This document shows, piece by piece, positions 53,123 through 60,361 of a stretch of DNA of 64,000 nt. The translations under genes were made by a program, and so were the position numbers. Position 1 is the first letter of the stretch. Each line of letters opens with the position of its first letter. Below the pieces are notes generated by a model that was not told the origin of the DNA, made no database searches, and was given only the letters and a program-made list of their open reading frames with translations. Source of the stretch: a virus; the IMG/VR virus record IMGVR_UViG_3300005056_000001, positions 1 through 64,000 of that record, one strand, 5' to 3'.

Positions 53123-53291
53123 CTAACGCTACCATCGTAAGACACAGCCATATGCTGCCTGTGGCATAGATAGATTGATAGATTATATTGGGTAGTTCAG
53201 GGTAAAAAACAGACAGTAAAAGTGCTGATGTTATGGTAACAATAGGTGGTAGTAACAATAATGCCCGTGTGGATGTTTTTTGTAGATTCAT
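53091..53291 (-). CDS. Possible small two-TM membrane protein
   Basis: ORF track. Two hydrophobic stretches (ALLLLPPIVTITSALLLSVFY; ATGSIWLCLTMVAL). It overlaps the HTH gene start by 32 nt. Confidence 0.35.
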   Translation of the reverse strand: MNLQKTSTRALLLLPPIVTITSALLLSVFYPELPNIIYQSIYATGSIWLCLTMVALDVSDCRQATN

Positions 53292-53363
53292 AATTATTGT
53301 GTTTTTACGGGAAAGAATACGGAGGAACCACGGTCGAATATTTACAATGACCCCTCCGTATTG

Positions 53364-54143
53364 CTATACTCCCAATGTTCTTGTATAATTTTGAAATCTA
53401 AGCTTCACGATCTTGGTACGGTCACTATTCCTTAAGACAACACCCTCCGACCTCATTTTTGCGCTATCAGACAGAGCCACCAAGGTTTTTGGAACAACCG
53501 TATTAAGATAGTCCAAAATGGTTTGGTGATCGAAATTTTTGATATCAACAGGGAGCTGAGGAACCTGTGCAAAATTGTATTTTTTACAAAATTCTGTGAG
53601 TTCGGTGTTTGTGAGGAAGTCGTGTCCATACACAATACCGTTGTCTGTTTCGTATTCTCGGAATGACGAAATTTCTTTGATATCCAACTCAAGAATAGAC
53701 AAATCCTTGATTGTTATTACATCAAAAATACGACAGCCGTATTCATTCTTTGTTCCGTACTGTTTTGAGGCCTTACCAACCGATCCACCATAGAGCTCGC
53801 CATAAATGACGGTCAATTCCTTGAAGTCTGTCGGGAAGGTAACCATTTTTCTGAGTTCGTCAACGATATCCAAGGCAGAATTACGACATAGGTCTTTTGA
53901 ATATGTCAAAATCTCTTTTCTTGAACCAATCAAATATTCATTCCCCCAACAGATCATACGAAAATTTGTGCCATCAACCTTTTCCGAGCCACACAGCTCA
54001 TCGTCCAACGAAATGTCGGTTGCAAGCTCATTCGTCAACATACCCCTGTCACCGATTTTGTGGAGCGTTTTGATTGACGGATACTTGGTCAACGTATTAA
54101 TCTTGTCGATGCCATATTTTAAAACAAGTTCTTTTAATTTCAT
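53364..54143 (-). CDS. ATP-dependent RNA-ligase-family nucleotidyltransferase (no OB domain)
   Basis: Motif I is SEKVDGTN (Lys55 codon at 53979-53981). Further motifs are IYGELYGG, CRIFDV, SEGVVLR and KIVKLRF. The 259-aa length fits stand-alone RNA ligases. A TATATTTG box lies at 54180-54187 (minus strand) upstream. Confidence 0.65.
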   Translation of the reverse strand: MKLKELVLKYGIDKINTLTKYPSIKTLHKIGDRGMLTNELATDISLDDELCGSEKVDGTNFRMICWGNEYLIGSRKEILTYSKDLCRNSALDIVDELRKMVTFPTDFKELTVIYGELYGGSVGKASKQYGTKNEYGCRIFDVITIKDLSILELDIKEISSFREYETDNGIVYGHDFLTNTELTEFCKKYNFAQVPQLPVDIKNFDHQTILDYLNTVVPKTLVALSDSAKMRSEGVVLRNSDRTKIVKLRFQNYTRTLGV

Positions 54144-54252
54144 TTTTACTTTTATGATTTGTTAATATTTTGATTTAGGCAAATATACAAAAAAGGCAGG
54201 ACAATGTATAATCATGTCCCACCTTTCTTGCGCAATATTTTTAATCAATATC

Positions 54253-56388
54253 TTATGCCTGATACAAATTACCGTCAGACCCAAACAAGATCACACCCTC
54301 CAATGTCGGAATTTCTCCGAGCGCAACAGAAGGGATACCCTTCTCACGGCATAAATCTGCCGTGTGGTTGAACAAGCTTTTGTTTGTGACAATAACACCC
54401 TTATAACCGTCAATGTCGGAAGGCGAGGCAAAATCACCGATAAAAATATCTTTTACATCAACTTCCATGGCATCATCAACCGAAAGATTAAGACCCTCGT
54501 GTAAAAGAGGCATGTCTGTGTCGAATGGTTTGATTTCGATGTTACCAACCATGTTTTTATATGCTGCCTGACTAATTTTGCCACACTGATAAAGATCCGT
54601 AAAATAGGCAACCTTGATACGCTTGGTAAGGATGGCAGGCTTTAGTTGGGTGATAATAATATTCCCCTTGTTGTTGACAATAAATTCCACAACACTTGCC
54701 TTTGTTCCAATTTCTCTTGCCTTCATCACCTCCTTGAGGTATGCAATTTGGTCGCCTGTCAGAACATCATAAATGTCACTACCGACAACATTCCCAAGAT
54801 TGTATTCGCTTGCGTCCCCTTGTACACACTCCCCAAATAGTCCTGTCTTGCCTGTAATCGGGTGGTGGTTATAAACAACCCCACCAACTTTAGACTCGAT
54901 ATATTCTTGGATACCAAGCGCAAAACCAAATCCCCATTCCTCGGGAAACGTGTTGTTGTCTTTTCCTTCCTTAATGATAGCCACAATTTCTGTTTTGAGT
55001 TCTTCTAATGTCACAACCCCAATATTTTTTGTTGGCAACTGACCCGATAGCGGCATCATAGGAGAAGTTCGAAGGATAATTTTTTTGCCCTCAAGACTTG
55101 TTACCCCCCTGAATGAGCACTTGGCAGCAAATGTGAAATCGTCAAGTGCCTCGAGTCCTTTTGTATAGATATCCTTGCACATATTCGAATTAAGTACAAC
55201 AAACACAGGAACCTCAGTTTTGCTATTCCCACGGAGATTTTTAAGATTTTGGTATTTTGTGCCATTCCACTTGTCTCCTTTGCCAATCATATTAAATTGA
55301 AAGATATCTTTTATGTTTCTTCCAAGCTCAAACCCTTTATAGCTTTCTGCCGCCAATGCCGCATAGACATCCGCCACTTTTACTTTGTTTTGGGAGCGTG
55401 AATCGACCACAAGTGTTTCCAAACCAAACCGAACATGCCATTCCAAGACGGTGTGTAGTTGTGAGATCGTTTCCATGCCGTGCATATGCCATGTGCCGTT
55501 TCTCATATAGAGGCAGTTATCCTTTTCCCATCCATTGCGCATTACGGCAGGCTCTAGATTATTTAGATGAACCAATATCTCATTTGCATCCAAATAAATT
55601 TTCCCTTCAGGATCCACCATTGCAGAAAAGCTGTGAAAGCCGTATGATTTGTTGTCATAGGAACAACCCGATTGCTGTCTTAATTGCTCGTTGCTCATGT
55701 ATCCCAATACATAGGCAGGAGTATAATCATAGCCATCAGGCATCCAATTGTCATGGATTTGGTTGTGTGGCGTTGTATTGAATGATGTCCCAAACAGCTC
55801 ATTTAGTGCAGCCAATTCGGAAATAAAAGCCTCCATTTTTCTTCTGTAAGAATGTTTAGGGAAAAGCAGTTCCTCCCACTCGTTTTCTTCAATCTTCTTG
55901 AAGTGTTTTGCAAGAACGTCCCTGTCGTATGAGTCGATTGGGGCAGTCTCGTATTCGGAGTCTTCCTTTTTTACAAAGTGTTTCGTAAGCAAATCCTTGT
56001 CATACGAATCAAGTATAGAACACTCCAACTTATTTTTTAACTCGACCAACTTGTCGCCTGTATTGACCATCCATGCAACATCATAGATTTCTTTTACAAG
56101 CTTTTCGGCCACCCATGTTCGGTTAAGCACCAAATGAGTTTCAGAATCACACAAAGAAAGAATCGCCTTCTTTTCTGTTTCGACGTGTGGATGGTCACTG
56201 AAGGTCATAAACCTCCGACCCTCAAGGATGTCAATATAGATAGCATCAGACAAACCATTTTGTGTGGCTTCTCTGAGCATGGATATTGCGCTCTTGACTC
56301 GAAGGTGTGTAAACTCCTCCCTTGCAACATATGTGATACGTTCTAATTCGGCCTTTAGGTCTACTCTTGGTATTGTTATGCTTTCCAT
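54253..56388 (-). CDS. PEP-synthase/PPDK-like phosphotransferase: unknown N-terminal domain, ATP-grasp, phospho-His swivel domain
   Basis: ATP-grasp (PPDK_N-like) blocks are VPVFVVL, IILRTSPMMPLSGQ, GIQEYIESKVGGVVYNHHPITGK, FGECVQGD and VVEFIVNNKGNIIITQLKP. The swivel domain is GVIVTNKSLFNHTADLCREKGIPSVALG (His675 codon at 54364-54366). No PEP/pyruvate TIM-barrel follows. Confidence 0.75.
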   Translation of the reverse strand: MESITIPRVDLKAELERITYVAREEFTHLRVKSAISMLREATQNGLSDAIYIDILEGRRFMTFSDHPHVETEKKAILSLCDSETHLVLNRTWVAEKLVKEIYDVAWMVNTGDKLVELKNKLECSILDSYDKDLLTKHFVKKEDSEYETAPIDSYDRDVLAKHFKKIEENEWEELLFPKHSYRRKMEAFISELAALNELFGTSFNTTPHNQIHDNWMPDGYDYTPAYVLGYMSNEQLRQQSGCSYDNKSYGFHSFSAMVDPEGKIYLDANEILVHLNNLEPAVMRNGWEKDNCLYMRNGTWHMHGMETISQLHTVLEWHVRFGLETLVVDSRSQNKVKVADVYAALAAESYKGFELGRNIKDIFQFNMIGKGDKWNGTKYQNLKNLRGNSKTEVPVFVVLNSNMCKDIYTKGLEALDDFTFAAKCSFRGVTSLEGKKIILRTSPMMPLSGQLPTKNIGVVTLEELKTEIVAIIKEGKDNNTFPEEWGFGFALGIQEYIESKVGGVVYNHHPITGKTGLFGECVQGDASEYNLGNVVGSDIYDVLTGDQIAYLKEVMKAREIGTKASVVEFIVNNKGNIIITQLKPAILTKRIKVAYFTDLYQCGKISQAAYKNMVGNIEIKPFDTDMPLLHEGLNLSVDDAMEVDVKDIFIGDFASPSDIDGYKGVIVTNKSLFNHTADLCREKGIPSVALGEIPTLEGVILFGSDGNLYQA

Positions 56389-56431
56389 GATATTTTTTTA
56401 ATGCTATGTTATTGATTGATGTAAATGTATG

Positions 56432-56487
56432 CAAAAATATATTGTTATCAAAATGTATTTGTTGGTTTTAACATTTCTTTAACACTT
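56432..56487 (-). promoter_or_regulatory. Intergenic cassette: TTAACA element plus TAnnTTTG box
   Basis: 56466-56487 reads ttttaacatttctttaacactt. 56432-56439 caaaaata is TATTTTTG on the minus strand, upstream of the ATG at 56388. Confidence 0.5.
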
Positions 56488-56515
56488 CATATTGTTTTTG
56501 CGTTGGTTGAAATCC

Positions 56516-57433
56516 CTAAGAGAGGTATACCATGCTATCCACAAACCTCTTTGTTTTTGGTGGCATATATTCAATGTCATTACAGAACACATCCATACGC
56601 TCTAGCCGATCTGTGATAATGTTGTCCATTGTCTCAGGGAACGCCTTAATGTAATTATTGTCAAGAAATAACTTTTCTATGCTGTCTAGACCACCAATAG
56701 AGTCAGGAATTGTACTTATTCTGTTATCCGAGAAACACAAAAACGTTACATTTTTCAAATTTCCGATATTTGAAGGAATAGCCTCCAACTGATTAAAACG
56801 AAATATTGCATACTCAAGACGTTCTAAATCACAAAAGCTATCAGGAATCTTTTTTAACTTTGTTCCTTGGCAATAAAAATATACCAACGATTTGAGGTTG
56901 CCTAGGTTTTCGGATAGACGTTCTATGTTGTTGCGTCCAATATTTAAAGTGTACAACCTAGGCATTTCATAAATACTATCAGGAATACCTGTCAAAAAAT
57001 TATCGTCCAAGTCTAAACGTTCTAAATTCTCAAGATTACCGATACATTTATTAACAGACGACATCCTGTTGTTTCTAAGACAAAGAGATGTTAAACATCC
57101 AAGGTTGCCTATGGTGTCGGGAAGTGTTGTTATATGATTATTACTAAGGTGTAATTGTTTTAAGTTAGTTAAAAGCTCTATGCTGTCAGGAACATATTTC
57201 ACTCTATTCGAAGTTATTGAAAGCTCCTCCATGTCGTGTATATACATGACCAATGACTTCGGGACACAAGCCCTAGTGTCAAAAATATCATTATCCTCAA
57301 GCCACCCATTCAGCTTTTTATATGACCCTAAATCCAATTCGATATCGTTCGACTTTGCCAACTCAAACCCCAATTCTATATTCGACTCGTCGCCTGTTTT
57401 GAGCAAAGACATAATTTTTTCTTTTCTGTACAT
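56516..57433 (-). CDS. Leucine-rich repeat (LRR) protein
   Basis: About ten 23-aa repeats of the form LxxLxLxxNxIxxIPDSIGxL (e.g. LTNLKQLHLSNNHITTLPDTIGNL, LENLERLDLDDNFLTGIPDSIYEM). Confidence 0.8.
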   Translation of the reverse strand: MYRKEKIMSLLKTGDESNIELGFELAKSNDIELDLGSYKKLNGWLEDNDIFDTRACVPKSLVMYIHDMEELSITSNRVKYVPDSIELLTNLKQLHLSNNHITTLPDTIGNLGCLTSLCLRNNRMSSVNKCIGNLENLERLDLDDNFLTGIPDSIYEMPRLYTLNIGRNNIERLSENLGNLKSLVYFYCQGTKLKKIPDSFCDLERLEYAIFRFNQLEAIPSNIGNLKNVTFLCFSDNRISTIPDSIGGLDSIEKLFLDNNYIKAFPETMDNIITDRLERMDVFCNDIEYMPPKTKRFVDSMVYLS

Positions 57434-57445
57434 TATAATATATTT

Positions 57446-58105
57446 TTATAAAATATCAGCCTTCTTTGCGCCTTGAGCAAATTCTTTGCAATACATCAAA
57501 TCACTGTTAAGAATCCATTTCTTGTCACTCCCATGATAAAACATGGTTCGGTCACCCTCGACAGAGATTATGTCATTCACAGGAATAGCCACCACACATG
57601 TCCCATCGTTATAATAACGATGTGTTTTTGGTGTTCTCCTCCAACACATTTCATAATACTTGCTAGTAAAGGAATAAAACCTTTCGTTGTGAAACATTGC
57701 CTTAAATTCGATGTAGATTTCTTCGCCTGTCTCGGCACAAAAAATAGGAAATGTGTCGTAGTTAACAAAAAATCTTGGAACATCCTCCACAGCCTTTTGG
57801 TTGTCAAAATCAATCACATCCTTGTTCATGGGAGAGATAGAGTTCATGACATATCTAAAATCAACAAGATCATCTTTCATTGAGGACAAGGCATTGCTAA
57901 TTGTTGAGTCCTCAAGAAATGTGGTTGGCGTCTCACACAGCTCCTTAAATGTCGGGCTTTGCTTGCACATGGCATCCACACACATCTCCAAAAATTTAAA
58001 ATTTCCTTGCAACTGAATGTTGTTCAAGATATGCGACAGTTCGCCACATGTTGTCTTGTCTAATATATGTCTTGTTAGCTGCTTTTTTATTTTAGTATGT
58101 TCCAT
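57446..58105 (-). CDS. Hypothetical protein
   Basis: ORF track. Confidence 0.6.
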   Translation of the reverse strand: MEHTKIKKQLTRHILDKTTCGELSHILNNIQLQGNFKFLEMCVDAMCKQSPTFKELCETPTTFLEDSTISNALSSMKDDLVDFRYVMNSISPMNKDVIDFDNQKAVEDVPRFFVNYDTFPIFCAETGEEIYIEFKAMFHNERFYSFTSKYYEMCWRRTPKTHRYYNDGTCVVAIPVNDIISVEGDRTMFYHGSDKKWILNSDLMYCKEFAQGAKKADIL

Positions 58106-58210
58106 TGCTCTAGATTAAGATATTTTGTAATTCTTTCAAGACCCCAATATATAAAAAATTCCCCAAACAAAAAAGTCTGCACCAATAAAGATACAGACTT
58201 TAACGTTTTG

Positions 58211-58645
58211 TTAATACTTACAACCACCACGCTGCATACCACGCTGCATACCATGTTCTTCGACACAACCAATCACAAAATGACCGATTTGAATGTGAGT
58301 TCCTTCGTCAGAACAAACAAAGGACTTGTCGAACTTAACAATTTGTCCAAAGAATTTTTCTTTGTTTTTCATGTTTTTGTTAATCTCTTCAACACTTGTC
58401 TCCTTGTCTACCAATAACATACCAACAGGAATACACCCAATAGTAACCGAATCAATCGGATAAGTATTTCCGTAATTGTCTGATTGTGTCAAGTCTTGCG
58501 ACAGGTAGGCCGCAAAAAAAGGAATGTCATTAAATACTTGATTGTCTTCTGATTTGTCTTTTGCATCCAAAAATTTGTCCCATGATTTGTTAAATACATA
58601 ACAAGGGTCTCCTATATAATATAATCCTGCTTTCAGTATTGTCAT
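58211..58645 (-). CDS. Hypothetical protein
   Basis: ORF track. The C-terminal GMQRGMQRGG comes from a 12-bp tandem repeat at 58227-58250. Confidence 0.55.
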   Translation of the reverse strand: MTILKAGLYYIGDPCYVFNKSWDKFLDAKDKSEDNQVFNDIPFFAAYLSQDLTQSDNYGNTYPIDSVTIGCIPVGMLLVDKETSVEEINKNMKNKEKFFGQIVKFDKSFVCSDEGTHIQIGHFVIGCVEEHGMQRGMQRGGCKY

Positions 58646-58705
58646 GATAATATGTTTTGCTTTTTTGATCCGATGATACCATCGGGTTGTTATTAATTAC
58701 AAGAA

Positions 58706-58771
58706 CAATATTACAACAAAAAATCCGTACCCACAAGCGTGGGCACGGATTTTAACATTTAATTAACAATT
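58706..58771 (-). promoter_or_regulatory. Intergenic cassette: TTAACA element, hairpin, -7-like box
   Basis: 58750-58771 reads ttttaacatttaattaacaatt. Hairpin at 58718-58753, where one mismatch is a G-U pair in the minus sense. 58706-58713 caatatta is TAATATTG. Confidence 0.45.
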
Positions 58772-58795
58772 ATTTTTATCAAAACGTCATACGTA

Positions 58796-59371
58796 TCAAT
58801 CATTGAATCTAAACTTATAAACCAATGAGCTTTTTTCAAGGAAGACATAGTATACGATGTCCGACTGTGACAATTCCTCGTAGCGGACATCATCAATGCT
58901 TGGTATATTAATATTTGTCGTCGCATTACCAACAATCAACCCTCTTTGGGTTGTTGTTTTGGTCATATTTCGGTTGAGTTCGGCTTTGAATAACTGTGCC
59001 TTTAGAGATTGGTCATAAAGAGTAACCGAACAGTCTGAATCACCTAGCTTTTCCAACAGCTCGTTTAGATTTGTTGGGTTGCTGTAGCTTTTTAGGTTTT
59101 CAGAAATACTACCTCTGCCAATTTTATATTTCTTGTTCAGTGCATCAATTTCCTTCTTAACCTCTTTTATATATTGGTTATGAATAGCCGAACACTCATC
59201 CTTGAGGTCTGCCATCTTTACAATATCCTCGTCTAATGCTTTTTTGGCAAATTCGGCACCAACCAAGGACTGCATACTTTCTCTAATAATGTTGGCCTTT
59301 TTTTGTACCTCCTTAGAGGACATTTGGTCAAAACGTTTACTTTCGTTAAATACTTTAAATTTTTGTCTCAT
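58796..59371 (-). CDS. Hypothetical coiled-coil protein
   Basis: ORF track. Confidence 0.55.
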   Translation of the reverse strand: MRQKFKVFNESKRFDQMSSKEVQKKANIIRESMQSLVGAEFAKKALDEDIVKMADLKDECSAIHNQYIKEVKKEIDALNKKYKIGRGSISENLKSYSNPTNLNELLEKLGDSDCSVTLYDQSLKAQLFKAELNRNMTKTTTQRGLIVGNATTNINIPSIDDVRYEELSQSDIVYYVFLEKSSLVYKFRFND

Positions 59372-59395
59372 TTTTGTGTTTTATTGTTTAATACC

Positions 59396-59998
59396 CTATG
59401 TACAACTTTCGCCAAAACACTTTTCATACTCACCAACAATATTTTCCTTGTACAGCTTCTCGTAAATCTTTTTGTACTCGACCTCGTCATAGCTGTCGTC
59501 TTTTTTAACGGTGGCCTTGTGGGCTGCGCTTCGGGCAATGACATAGGTGGACTCATGAGCCGTCCATATACGGTCTTCGTGACCGTCTCTGTCCGAGAAT
59601 TGCTCAAGAACGTGCTTATTCTCATTAAAAACCGTGTCGTGGAATACCTCACGTTTCTTTTCTGCCCTCATAGTATTCTTGAAGCGCACATCCTCATCAT
59701 GAATATATTTATAAACCTTCTCAAGTGCCTCTTCGATTGTTTTACCATCAAAGCTTGCCATACCCCCACCCGTTGCTCTTGCATCAAAAACAGGATCGCA
59801 GTTTCCCCATTGTGCAATTCTTACAATAACGTTATAGATACTATCCTCTCCTAGGGAAAGAAACTCGGATGAACATGTTGAGATGCCGTCCCAAACACTG
59901 CCATCCTTCAAACCATCTTGGTATTTTTTCCATCCCTTGTCAACAAGATCCTTTATTTTTTGGATGTCAAACTTGGACGGTATATATGTAGTTTTCAT
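59396..59998 (-). CDS. Hypothetical protein
   Basis: ORF track. Confidence 0.6.
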   Translation of the reverse strand: MKTTYIPSKFDIQKIKDLVDKGWKKYQDGLKDGSVWDGISTCSSEFLSLGEDSIYNVIVRIAQWGNCDPVFDARATGGGMASFDGKTIEEALEKVYKYIHDEDVRFKNTMRAEKKREVFHDTVFNENKHVLEQFSDRDGHEDRIWTAHESTYVIARSAAHKATVKKDDSYDEVEYKKIYEKLYKENIVGEYEKCFGESCT

Positions 59999-60094
59999 AA
60001 TATTATTTTAAGTGTTCTAAAATTCTGTTTTTGTGTCGTGGGGTATTAATGTTATATTAGACACCAAGATACAAAAAGATTCCGATATATTGTA

Positions 60095-60346
60095 TTATAC
60101 TCTATATTTTTCAGGAAAATCAGGAAGTGGTTGCCATTCTATTGGTTCCCATCCCTGTCCTGCATTTTCTTGGGCCATTACCCATTTGTTTATGTTGCCC
60201 AAAATATAGCCCGTGTGTTGTTCGTATGATATTTTAGCAGCCACACCGCTTTCGAATAATGGCTGTGTAAGTCTTACGATAACAAGCACCATGGTGTCAA
60301 CAGGAGGAAGGGTTTTGTTTATGTCAATCCATTTGTTTTGCTTCAT
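60095..60346 (-). CDS. DUF551-like protein
   Basis: MKQNKWIDINKTLPPVDTMVLVIV...WQPLPDFPEKY. Confidence 0.55.
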   Translation of the reverse strand: MKQNKWIDINKTLPPVDTMVLVIVRLTQPLFESGVAAKISYEQHTGYILGNINKWVMAQENAGQGWEPIEWQPLPDFPEKYRV

Positions 60347-60361
60347 GTTTTTTCATTAAAA

